From NCBI GenBank assembly GCA_020028455.1, contig JAHZOA010000004.1, positions 1 through 52,700 on the forward strand: a DNA stretch of 52,700 nucleotides, read 5' to 3'. Shown here one piece after another: positions 33,254 through 41,946 of this stretch. A program made the position numbers and the translations under genes. Position 1 is the first letter of the stretch, and each line of letters begins with the position of its first letter. The DNA comes from Armatimonadota bacterium. GTDB lineage: Bacteria > Sysuimicrobiota > Sysuimicrobiia > Sysuimicrobiales > Kaftiobacteriaceae. The notes under the pieces are model-generated. The model made no database searches and was not told where the DNA came from. It worked only from the letters and a program-made list of their open reading frames with translations.

Positions 33254-34302
33254 GGGTGAGCTCCACCGCTCTGGCACTCGTCTGGTGTGCGGCCATCCTG
33301 GCCGCGGCCATGCCGGTGTGGGGACAGAGGACTTCGAAGCCGGGGCTGCTGGCGGGGGCAAACGCGGCATCGGTGATCCAGTCCGTTTTGAGTGCACCGA
33401 CACTTGTCGATTACGAAGGGACCAAGATCGTCACGGCAGTCCGCGGGGAACAGGCGGAGACGGTTACCATCCTCGAGTCATACAAGCGGTTTGGCAAGCT
33501 GCGACTGGAGTTTCTTTCTCCGGAGTCGACCAGCGGCCGCCTCATCGTGGATGACGGCGCGAGCAGCTGGCACTATGAACCGTCGCTGCATGTGGTGATT
33601 CGCGGTCCCTCGTTCGTCACGACATCTACACGCACAGACGCCGAGGCAATTCTGAAACGCTATGATGCACGCGTCCTAGGCAGTGAGCAGGTCATCGGAC
33701 GCCAGACCCTGGTGCTGGAGCTGCTACCCAAGACCAGGCGCCTGACGAGACGGCTGTGGGTCGATCAGGCGACCGGCGTCGTTCTGCGCACGGAAGAGCG
33801 GTCGCAAAGTGGCGAGCTGCTGTTCAGCAGTTTCTTCAGCCGCATCAGCTATAGCCTGAATCTTCCGTCGGCGCTCTTCCGGTTTCATCTCCCGGCCGGC
33901 GCCAAGATCTTTACCTTCTATCTCTCCGGCGATCCCATCCAGGATCTGCAGGAGCTCTCCAGGCAGGCGAAGTTCGCGGTGAGGGCGCCGGGCACACTCG
34001 GTGGTGTCTACACGTTCCAAAGTGGCACGATCGCGCGGCACGGGGCGCTCATGGCCGTCTCGCTGCTCTATAGCGACGGCGTCAACATCGTGTCACTCTA
34101 CGAAACCCCATCGTCCAAAATGGCGTTTCCCGCATTGGGCACATCTCTGGTGATGCGCAGCGGCCGGGGACGTTGGCTCGATCTGGGCTATTTTCGCGTG
34201 GTCATATGGGAATCAGGGGGCATTTCCTTCGCGATCCTCGGTACGCTTCCCGCCGAGTCGCTCGTGGCCATGGCCGAAGAACTGAACGCCGTCAAACCCT
34301 AA
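33250..34302 (+). CDS. MucB/RseB-like (LolA-fold) periplasmic regulator
   Basis: Signal peptide, beta-rich sequence, third gene of the ECF sigma/anti-sigma operon. Family assignment by resemblance and context. Confidence 0.55.
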   Translation: MRVSSTALALVWCAAILAAAMPVWGQRTSKPGLLAGANAASVIQSVLSAPTLVDYEGTKIVTAVRGEQAETVTILESYKRFGKLRLEFLSPESTSGRLIVDDGASSWHYEPSLHVVIRGPSFVTTSTRTDAEAILKRYDARVLGSEQVIGRQTLVLELLPKTRRLTRRLWVDQATGVVLRTEERSQSGELLFSSFFSRISYSLNLPSALFRFHLPAGAKIFTFYLSGDPIQDLQELSRQAKFAVRAPGTLGGVYTFQSGTIARHGALMAVSLLYSDGVNIVSLYETPSSKMAFPALGTSLVMRSGRGRWLDLGYFRVVIWESGGISFAILGTLPAESLVAMAEELNAVKP

Positions 34303-34305
34303 ACT

Positions 34306-34439
34306 GCGGTCGTGGGTCGTTGGTCGTAGGTCGTGGCGCAACCCCGCCGGCCTCGCAAGGAAATCGGCTGCCATTTCCGAAAGGATTCCTATTTTCAGGC
34401 GTGTTATCTACGAGCTACGACCCACGACCTACGACCGCT
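34306..34439. repeat. Tandem-unit-arm hairpin repeat, GGTCGTR subfamily (copy 3, long loop)
   Basis: Left arm GCGGTCGTGGGTCGTTGGTCGTAGGTCGTGG is 29/31 identical to the copy-2 arm. The reverse complement of the right arm matches at 27/31. Loop is 72 nt. Confidence 0.9.
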
Positions 34440-34443
34440 GTCC

Positions 34444-34740
34444 ATGACTTTGCGTGAGTTCCAGCAGCGTATTGATGCCATCTACGGGGCCAGGGACCGG
34501 CGCCGCGGAATCGATGCGACATTCCGCTGGCTGGTCGAGGAAGTCGGCGAGCTGGCGCGCGCTCTTCGAAGACGCAACCCACAAGCTCTGGCAGAGGAAG
34601 TCTCAGACGTGCTGGCCTGGACTGTTAGTGTCGCGACGCTGGCCGGCGTGGATGTCGAAAAATCTGCCGCCCGTTACGCGTCCGGCTGCCCGAAATGCGG
34701 CGGGACACCATGCGAGTGTCCGGCCGATCTCCCCGCCTGA
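34444..34740 (+). CDS. MazG-like nucleotide pyrophosphohydrolase domain protein with C-terminal Cys cluster
   Basis: LVEEVGELARAL...EEVSDVLAWTVSVA EExxE-type motifs, then CPKCGGTPCEC. Internal ATG within ORF 34333..34740. Confidence 0.7.
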   Translation: MTLREFQQRIDAIYGARDRRRGIDATFRWLVEEVGELARALRRRNPQALAEEVSDVLAWTVSVATLAGVDVEKSAARYASGCPKCGGTPCECPADLPA

Positions 34741-35744
34741 TGCTTGGGGCGGCGACGTTCGCCCTCGTGGTGTCCACCATCTCACCGGCTGTGTCGAGTT
34801 TGCACCGTGAGGCCAAAGTTGTCGACCTTCACAGCGACACGCTGCTCGATGTCGCCTCAGGCAAACGCGACATTTCGCGCCGCGGGACGGCCGGGCACAT
34901 TGATCTGCCCCGACTGCGCGAAGGCGGTGTGGACGTCCAAGTATTTGCCGCATTTATCCATCCGCGCGAGGCGGAGCGGGGGTTCGAGCGTGCCCTGGAG
35001 CTGCTCGATGCCTTCGACCGAATGGTGAGCTCACACGCCGACGTGCTCGGGCGGGCGCTTACGTTCGCAGACATCGAGCAGCTGGAGCGCAGCGGCAAGG
35101 TGGCTGCAGTGCTGTCGATCGAGAGTGGGGACGCCGTGCAGGGAAATCCGGCCAACGTCGATCGGCTGTACCGGCGCGGCGTGCGGATCATGAGTCTGAC
35201 CTGGAACAATAGTACGGCCCTGGCTGATGGAGCGCTGGAACAACGGCACGGCGGGCTCACTCCTGTAGGCCGGAGAGTGCTCGCCAGGATGGCGGCGCTC
35301 GGGATTGTCGTCGACGTGTCACACTTGTCTGCAAAGAGCTTCTGGGACGTGCTCGAAGCCACGCGCGGTCCCGTGATGGCCACGCATTCCAATGCCGCCG
35401 GACTCACGCCCCACGTGCGAAACCTCACGGACGAACAGTTGCGGGCTCTGGCCCGGCGCGGTGGCGTCGTGGGTGTCAACTACTACCCGGCGTTTACAGG
35501 CGGACCGACGCTCACGCATGTGCTGGCGCACATTGACTATCTCGTGAAAGTCGTCGGCGCTGACCACGTCGCATTGGGGTCAGATTTCGACGGGTTCGCG
35601 CAGACCGTCGATGGACTCGAGGACGTCTCGCGCCTCCCCAACCTCACCGCTGGGCTCCTCGCACGGGGCTATTCCCGCGACGACATCAAGAAGATCTTAG
35701 GAGGGAATGCTCTCAGAGTGTTTAAAGCGGTCTGGCGGAAATGA
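34740..35744 (+). CDS. Membrane dipeptidase (peptidase family M19)
   Basis: VVDLHSDTL zinc-binding start of M19 enzymes. The signal-like N-terminus begins at ATG 34740, which overlaps the upstream TGA (the ORF opens at 34695). Confidence 0.85.
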   Translation: MLGAATFALVVSTISPAVSSLHREAKVVDLHSDTLLDVASGKRDISRRGTAGHIDLPRLREGGVDVQVFAAFIHPREAERGFERALELLDAFDRMVSSHADVLGRALTFADIEQLERSGKVAAVLSIESGDAVQGNPANVDRLYRRGVRIMSLTWNNSTALADGALEQRHGGLTPVGRRVLARMAALGIVVDVSHLSAKSFWDVLEATRGPVMATHSNAAGLTPHVRNLTDEQLRALARRGGVVGVNYYPAFTGGPTLTHVLAHIDYLVKVVGADHVALGSDFDGFAQTVDGLEDVSRLPNLTAGLLARGYSRDDIKKILGGNALRVFKAVWRK

Positions 35745-36570
35745 CGAGGATGGCTTCCCGCACAATGGTCGCCGCGAGTACCGCGGTTCGGCCTGATGGG
35801 TCATAGGGCGGAGAGACTTCCACGACATCAAATCCTACAATGCGGAGACCACCAAGCTTCCGGATGAACGAGAGAAGCTCACGCGCGGCGATTCCTTCAG
35901 GCTCGGGATTTCCCGTACCCGGCGCATCGGAAGGGTCGATGAGGTCGATGTCAAGCGTGACGTAAACTGGACGCTGCTCGAGCCACGACCATATCTCCGC
36001 CGGCATGTTCAGCGCAGAACTACTGAACCGCAGCGATCGCGCCGTTTCAAACTCGCCGGCGGTTCCGGCCCGCGTCCCGATCTGGACGACAGATTGGGAG
36101 CCGACTAAGTCGGCAACCCGCCGCATCACGGTGGCATGAGATACCGCTAACCCTTCGTACTCGTCCCGCAGGTCGGTGTGCGCATCGAGCTGGAGCACTG
36201 CGAGATCGCTGTACAATCGGTGGAGTCTTTCAACAATCGGAAAGGTCACGGTGTGCTCACCCCCGAGCACTGCCGGCACCGCATGGGAAGGTAGAGCCGC
36301 GAGGTGTGCGTCAGCCGCGGAGCGCATGCCGTCGACGCCGGCGCCGGCCACATCGACATCGCCAGCGTCAAACAACTCGACGTCTTCCAGTGCTCTCCGC
36401 AACACTGGGCTGTAGGTTTCGATGCTCTGGGAGGCCCACCGGATTGCCGCAGGCCCATGCCTGCTCCCGCGCCGGAAGGTCGAGGTACCATCGAACGGCA
36501 CGCCGATGATGGCCATGGCCCCCTTGCCCTCACGCGGAACGGGGGCGGTTCTGGCAGCGAGAAAGGTCAT
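35722..36570 (-). CDS. speB: Agmatinase (ureohydrolase/arginase family)
   Basis: Mn-binding motifs (GGEHTVT, LDAHTDL, VTLDIDLIDPS) and polyamine-gene context. Confidence 0.85.
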   Translation of the reverse strand: MTFLAARTAPVPREGKGAMAIIGVPFDGTSTFRRGSRHGPAAIRWASQSIETYSPVLRRALEDVELFDAGDVDVAGAGVDGMRSAADAHLAALPSHAVPAVLGGEHTVTFPIVERLHRLYSDLAVLQLDAHTDLRDEYEGLAVSHATVMRRVADLVGSQSVVQIGTRAGTAGEFETARSLRFSSSALNMPAEIWSWLEQRPVYVTLDIDLIDPSDAPGTGNPEPEGIAARELLSFIRKLGGLRIVGFDVVEVSPPYDPSGRTAVLAATIVREAILVISARPL

Positions 36571-37427
36571 CCGTCGATGAGGGGCGGAAGGGTGAACGCC
36601 ATCGGGTGCATGTGCGGCTGGTAATAGCGCGTCGAGACCGATTTCAGCCGGCCGGCGATCTGCTCGGGGGGCAACGCGCGCGGATCATGGCGCTTGCTTC
36701 CGCATGTGAAACTCCAGAGCACGCCGGGGTACGCGGGGATCGCCGCCCAGTAGGTCATTGCCAATGGGAACAGAGAGCGCAGATGCTCCCGGACGAGCTT
36801 TGTGAGTCCCCGTTGAAAAATGTACGAACCACTCTGAGCGACAACCATTCCCTCATCCGTCAGCACGCGGCCGCAGGCAGCATAGAATGCCTCCGAGAAC
36901 AGCGCAACCCCAGGGCCTTTGGGATCGGTCGAGTCCACCAGGATGACGTCGAACTTCTCGTGCGTCCGCCGCACAAACGCGATGCCGTCGTCGATCAACA
37001 AGCGGACGCGGCCGTCGTCAAACGCCCGCCCGCAGATCGATGGCAGGAGCGCGCGGCTGACCTCGACCACGTCTCGATCGATCTCCACCAGCGTGACGTG
37101 CTCGACGGCATGTTTGAGCACTTCTTCCAGCGTGCCTCCGTCTCCACCACCGATGACCAACACGCGACGCGGGTGGGGATGACTGACCAGAGCCGGGTGG
37201 GCGAGCATCTCATGGTAGATGAATTCGTCCACCTCCGTCGTTTGCACCGCGTGATCCAGGATAAGCATGCGCCCGAACATCGGACTGATGGCGACCTGGA
37301 TGTGCTGAAACGCCGACCGGCCCTCGTACAGAATGGATTCCACTTGAATCGATTGGGCATAGCCCGGTCCCACAACGTCAGAGATCCACTGCGTCATGGC
37401 CAAAACACCGCCGCTGCTACCGCACAT
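36567..37427 (-). CDS. speE: Spermidine synthase
   Basis: YHEMLAH...VLVIGGGDGGTLEEVLKH...VDSTDP aminopropyltransferase motifs. Confidence 0.9.
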   Translation of the reverse strand: MCGSSGGVLAMTQWISDVVGPGYAQSIQVESILYEGRSAFQHIQVAISPMFGRMLILDHAVQTTEVDEFIYHEMLAHPALVSHPHPRRVLVIGGGDGGTLEEVLKHAVEHVTLVEIDRDVVEVSRALLPSICGRAFDDGRVRLLIDDGIAFVRRTHEKFDVILVDSTDPKGPGVALFSEAFYAACGRVLTDEGMVVAQSGSYIFQRGLTKLVREHLRSLFPLAMTYWAAIPAYPGVLWSFTCGSKRHDPRALPPEQIAGRLKSVSTRYYQPHMHPMAFTLPPLIDG

Positions 37428-37852
37428 CCAATCCGTTCCACGACGTGATCTTTTGCCGCCACGATGACATTGTCGATAGGAAGATCGCGCCCGGCCATGG
37501 CCTCCTCCACCATGCCGCGAACGATCGCCTCGGCGTTGTCAGCCGTGCCAGGGTGCTCGTATTCCATGATCACTCCATAACTATGTTTCGAAAGCCCGAG
37601 CCCGATTGCGGCCGCGATGCGCTCACCGGGCGTGTGACTCGCGATGCGCGCGTACACGACGGGCGTCAGCCCGCCGGGCGCAAACGAGGGAACGGGCACG
37701 ATCCGGACCCCGGCAGGCAAGATGCTCGTGACGCGAATGAAGTTGAGGTTGGCGATTCCCGCATCCATGAGGGCGCGGTCGAAGGCCGTGAGCTCCGTGC
37801 GACCCTCCCCACTCCCGGCGACAACTGAAACTGATGAAGGTCGCTCCCACAT
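37394..37852 (-). CDS. pdaD: Pyruvoyl-dependent arginine decarboxylase
   Basis: AGSGEGRTELTAFDRALMDAGIANLNFIRVTSILP matches the PdaD self-cleavage region. I place the start at ATG 37852. The 39-codon extension up to 37969 has no PdaD counterpart and would overlap the divergent gene start at 37961. Confidence 0.8.
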   Translation of the reverse strand: MWERPSSVSVVAGSGEGRTELTAFDRALMDAGIANLNFIRVTSILPAGVRIVPVPSFAPGGLTPVVYARIASHTPGERIAAAIGLGLSKHSYGVIMEYEHPGTADNAEAIVRGMVEEAMAGRDLPIDNVIVAAKDHVVERIGCAVAAAVFWP

Positions 37853-37960
37853 GCGGAGGATATTCAATTGGAGAATGACTTGACCTTCGCGACTCGTACT
37901 TACCCATGCAGGGTAAATACTTGCCGGATCGCTACCAACCAACAGAGAAGGAGCCTTCTC

Positions 37961-39604
37961 ATGCCGCATCGTTTCATCGCACTTGCCATTGTGCTCACGT
38001 TGCTGGTGGTGTCGCTTCCCTCAAGCGCCGCGGTTGCGCCAGAGCCGTCTTTGCCCGTGGGGTTCGTCACCGCCGGGCCCGCCGATTTTGCCGGAATGCG
38101 CGCCGCTGGGGCCACCGCGGTCAAGTTGATCGCCGACTGGTCAGCGATTGAGAGAGACAAAGGGAAGTTTGTCTGGGAAGTGCTCGACGAGTCGGTGACC
38201 GCCGCCCGGCGCGCGGGGCTGAACGTGGTGATGGTGCTGTCGTACACCCCCAAGTGGGCCTCGCTTGCGACGGGCGTCGAGTTGAATGATCCGATGATCT
38301 TCAGCCGCCAGCCTCCAAAGCGCATCGCTGATTGGGAAGCGTTCGTGACGGCCATTGTGACCAAATACCGCGCTCAGGTGAAGGACTGGCAGGTCTGGAC
38401 GGCGCTGAGTCTCCCGCTCTATCGTGGCACCGATCGGGAATATCTCGCGCTGGTGCGGGCCGCGCGCGCGAAGGCCAGGGCGGTGGATTCATCGAGCCGC
38501 ATTGTTCTGGCGACGCCCTTTGGTGTCGACCTCATTTCTATTCGCAAGGCGATGCTTGAGGCAGGCGACGCATTCGACATCATTTCCCTGTCCCCCCGCG
38601 CGCTTGCACCCGAATTGCTCATGCGCCCGCTGGGCGTGCTGACACAGCGTGTGCTGGGACGAACCGGGAAGCGAATCTGGATTGAATGGGATCCGCGTTC
38701 TGTGGGTGATCGTCAGACGTGGCCGGCACAGGCGATGAAATTAATGGCAATCGCCAAGGCCTTCGCCGTCGAGCACGTGTTCTGGGCTGCTGAGCCGGTA
38801 CCCGGGATGACGGCCGCAGTCAGTGCATTCACCGCCGAGGTGGGCAGCCGTCCGTTCGCAGGCTTTGTGATGGCCGAGCGTGGCATTGCATTCCTTTTCG
38901 GGGATGCGGAGCCGGCCGCGGCCGTGGCATGGAGCATGACCGGCGAGGCATCGTTCAAATTTGATGGAAACCTCAAAGCGCTGTCACCAACTGGAGACGC
39001 CAAGGCTGTCGGGAGTGTCGGAACGGAGCCGGTCCTGTTTGCCGGGATCGGCCCCGCGTCGGTGGCCGAGGCGAAGAGCACACTGCAGTCGCGCGGACTT
39101 CCCGTGCCGCCTCCGCAAGAGGATTTCAGCCAGCAGACCGAGGTCTCGGCAAAACTCGGCCGCACGAACGTCGAGCGTGGCCTCTACAATGCGCCGTACC
39201 GCAGCCGCCGGAATGGCGCTGTCGAACCGGTCGAGGTCGGTGGCTCGGACGCAGTGCGCACGAGCAATGCGAAGGATATTGTGTTCATCTATTTTGATGT
39301 GGACGACAGCTTCCTATTCTATGTGGACGGCCGGTCAGTGGTCGAGATCAGCATTGAAGTGCACGGAGCGTCCGCGCCGGACCAGCTTGGGTTCAACGTC
39401 CTCTACGACTCAATGAGCGGATATCGTTTCACGAGCTGGCAGGTGGTGGAGGCCAAGGATGGATGGGTGACGCAGACCATCCGCCTCAATGACGCCGGCT
39501 TCTCGAACACCTGGGGATGGGATTTCACCATCAACGCCGGCGGCAACCGCAAGGAAGACCTCACCGTCCGCAGCGTGACCGTCAAGAAAGTCCCCAGGCC
39601 TTAG
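37961..39604 (+). CDS. Secreted protein, putative TIM-barrel glycoside-hydrolase-like N-domain plus beta-sandwich C-domain
   Basis: Signal peptide starts at ATG 37961 (MPHRFIALAIVLTLLVVSLPSSAA). The segment AGATAVKLIADWSAIE..GKFVW..LD..V..A...GLNVVMVL resembles GH clan-A enzymes. The function call is weak. Confidence 0.5.
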   Translation: MPHRFIALAIVLTLLVVSLPSSAAVAPEPSLPVGFVTAGPADFAGMRAAGATAVKLIADWSAIERDKGKFVWEVLDESVTAARRAGLNVVMVLSYTPKWASLATGVELNDPMIFSRQPPKRIADWEAFVTAIVTKYRAQVKDWQVWTALSLPLYRGTDREYLALVRAARAKARAVDSSSRIVLATPFGVDLISIRKAMLEAGDAFDIISLSPRALAPELLMRPLGVLTQRVLGRTGKRIWIEWDPRSVGDRQTWPAQAMKLMAIAKAFAVEHVFWAAEPVPGMTAAVSAFTAEVGSRPFAGFVMAERGIAFLFGDAEPAAAVAWSMTGEASFKFDGNLKALSPTGDAKAVGSVGTEPVLFAGIGPASVAEAKSTLQSRGLPVPPPQEDFSQQTEVSAKLGRTNVERGLYNAPYRSRRNGAVEPVEVGGSDAVRTSNAKDIVFIYFDVDDSFLFYVDGRSVVEISIEVHGASAPDQLGFNVLYDSMSGYRFTSWQVVEAKDGWVTQTIRLNDAGFSNTWGWDFTINAGGNRKEDLTVRSVTVKKVPRP

Positions 39605-39803
39605 GCCAGCTTTCGGGGGCTCCGAGGCCTCTCCCCGAAAAGAAACTACCACGGGGACCCCTCTGGCCTCGGAACCCCCGGCGCTGGCCTCTTTCGATAC
39701 GAGGGGCTGGGGAGGGCCTTCCTTCCCTAGCCCCGAAACTTTTCCTCGAATCCCTCGTCAAGGATGGACCTTATCCGCAATTTAGCGTGAAGAGGTGAGA
39801 GCA

Positions 39804-41090
39804 ATGGGGCGAGACTCGCATTGGCCGCTCTGGCGGGCGGTGCTCTTGCTGCTGGCAGCCGTTCTGGCGGTCGGCTACGCACCGGCGCAGGCACAGCAAC
39901 CCGTTCCAACTTCGATCAAGGTTGGGGCTCTGTTCGACACGACGGGTCCGACATCGGACGTGGGCGTGGACTACTCGAGGGGCGTGCTCGACCATGTGCG
40001 ATACATCAATGAGGTCGAAGGCGGCATCCGCGGGCGGGTGAAGATCGACCTCGTCTGGTCTGACTATGGGTATCGGATCCCCGACGCGCTCACACTCTAC
40101 CGCAAGTACCGGGACGTCGATCGGGTAAACGCGATCCTGGGATGGGGGACGGCCGATACGGAAGCGCTCTCCCAGCAAGTGGGGGACGACCAGATTCCCT
40201 ACATTTCGGCCAGTTACTCGTCGCATTTGAATGACCCGGCAAAGACACCGTACAACTTCTACCCGGTGAGCAGTTATTCGGATCAGATCCGTGCCGTGCT
40301 GAAGTACATCAGTGATGTGGCGCGAGAAGAACGCATCAGCCGGCCAAAGATCGTGTTCATCTACCCCGACCACCCGTACGGTCGCGCTCCGATTCCCGCG
40401 GGCAAGGCGTACGCCCAAGAACTAGGCTTCGAGGTAGGGTCGGACCAGATCGTGGCCCTGACGGCGCTCGAGGCCCGCTCCCAGGTGGCAGCGGTGAGGG
40501 CATTTGGCGCGCACTTTGCGTGGATCGGCGGCACAACGAACTCCGCTTCCGTGATCGTGCGTGATGCGAAGGCGGCAGGGCTCACTACTCGCTTCTTCGT
40601 GAACGTGTGGGGCTTTGACGAGAACATGATCAAGCTCATCGGCAGAGACGCCGAAGGCGTGCTGGCCAGCACGCCCCATATCTATTATGGCGAATCGGCC
40701 TCCTCTCCCGGGATGCGGAAGATGTTCGATGCCCTGCGCCGGTTCCACAACAGGCAACCAAACTTCACCTGGGGTACGACGGACACACCGTTCATCGCGT
40801 CGTATGTCCGCGGGTGGCTCAACGCGTTGATGCTGAGACGGGCCTTGGAGGTTGTGGTCGACAACTGGAATACATACGCGCGCCTTGGAGGCGTCAACGG
40901 TCCTGGCGTGCGCGTCGCACTTGAGACGCTGAAGGACTGGGACCCTGAGGGCCTTGCTTCGCCGATTACCGTGACCCGCACCGATCACCGGCCGTCGACG
41001 ACCACACGTATCGTGACGGTGCGAAACGGACGCATCGTCGTGCTGCGGACGGTGAACATCGAGCGGAGGAAGGACTGGCTGGGATTCTAA
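39804..41090 (+). CDS. Liv-type (Peripla_BP_6) ABC transporter substrate-binding protein
   Basis: Signal peptide, IKVGALFDTTGPTS start typical of LivK-like binding proteins, operon context. Confidence 0.85.
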   Translation: MGRDSHWPLWRAVLLLLAAVLAVGYAPAQAQQPVPTSIKVGALFDTTGPTSDVGVDYSRGVLDHVRYINEVEGGIRGRVKIDLVWSDYGYRIPDALTLYRKYRDVDRVNAILGWGTADTEALSQQVGDDQIPYISASYSSHLNDPAKTPYNFYPVSSYSDQIRAVLKYISDVAREERISRPKIVFIYPDHPYGRAPIPAGKAYAQELGFEVGSDQIVALTALEARSQVAAVRAFGAHFAWIGGTTNSASVIVRDAKAAGLTTRFFVNVWGFDENMIKLIGRDAEGVLASTPHIYYGESASSPGMRKMFDALRRFHNRQPNFTWGTTDTPFIASYVRGWLNALMLRRALEVVVDNWNTYARLGGVNGPGVRVALETLKDWDPEGLASPITVTRTDHRPSTTTRIVTVRNGRIVVLRTVNIERRKDWLGF

Positions 41091-41110
41091 CAGTTAATAA
41101 CATCGAGGTC

Positions 41111-41866
41111 GTGTATGGGGGGACGATTCTCGTCCTCAAGGGCGTCTCGCTGAACGCCGCCGAGGGGAGGATTACGGCACTGATGGGGGCAAACGGAGCG
41201 GGGAAGACGACGACGCTGAAGGCGATCTCAGGATTGCTGAAGCTGGAACGGGGCGAGGTGACACGCGGCAGCATCGAGTTGGAAGGCCGGCGAATCGAAA
41301 ACCGGCTCCCCGAGGAAGTTGCCCGCATGGGCATCGTTATGGTTCGCGAAGGTCGCCGGTTGTTCGAGGAGCTGACGGTTGAGGAGAACCTGCTGGTTGG
41401 CGCGGCGTTGTATCACGGCCGGCGGAGTCAGATTGACGAAGTCTTCCGGTTTTTCCCGCGCCTTTCGGAACGCCGCAGGGTCCGTGCCGGCTACCTCTCA
41501 GGCGGCGAGCAGCAGATGCTGGCGATTGGATGCGCCATGATGGCCGGGCCCAGGTTATTGCTGCTGGATGAGCCCAGCCTCGGATTGGCACCGCTCGTTG
41601 CCCGCGAGATCTTCGATCTCATCCGCCGGCTTAACGAGGACGCACGGATGACCATCCTGCTCGTTGAACAGAATGCCAAGATGGCGCTCGAGCTCGCGTC
41701 GTATGGCTACGTGATGGAGAACGGGCGCCTTGTCCTGGATGGTCCGACCGAGAAACTCCGCGAAGATGCGGACGTCGAGGAGTTCTATCTAGGGATTCGC
41801 GGTGCGGAACGACGCAGATTCACCGACGTTAAAAGCTACAAAAGGCGTAAGCGCTGGCTGGCGTAA
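41111..41866 (+). CDS. Liv-type ABC transporter ATP-binding protein (LivF-like)
   Basis: Walker A GANGAGKTT, signature LSGGEQQ, Walker B LLLLDEP. The first canonical start (GTG 41111) truncates the conserved N-terminal strand (see findings). Confidence 0.85.
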   Translation: MYGGTILVLKGVSLNAAEGRITALMGANGAGKTTTLKAISGLLKLERGEVTRGSIELEGRRIENRLPEEVARMGIVMVREGRRLFEELTVEENLLVGAALYHGRRSQIDEVFRFFPRLSERRRVRAGYLSGGEQQMLAIGCAMMAGPRLLLLDEPSLGLAPLVAREIFDLIRRLNEDARMTILLVEQNAKMALELASYGYVMENGRLVLDGPTEKLREDADVEEFYLGIRGAERRRFTDVKSYKRRKRWLA

Positions 41867-41890
41867 CGCGGAACGATAATTCGCCCGATT

Positions 41891-41913
41891 GGCGGGACGG
41901 GGACCTTGGACCG
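41891..41913. repeat. Solo arm of the GGGGACC hairpin repeat
   Basis: GGCGGGACGGGGACCTTGGACCG is identical over 23 nt to 13844-13866. There is no full inverted partner. Confidence 0.8.
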
Positions 41914-41946
41914 AGGCCTTCCCGGTCTCGCCACCAAGCACCTGCA

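Noticed and set aside
36606-37448. 280-aa plus-strand ORF opposite speE
   Set aside because: It is antisense to spermidine synthase, which carries the GGGDGG motif.
37853-37969. 39-codon N-terminal extension of pdaD given by the ORF track
   Set aside because: It bears no resemblance to PdaD N-termini and would overlap the divergent secreted-protein start at 37961. The conserved sequence begins right after Met at 37852.
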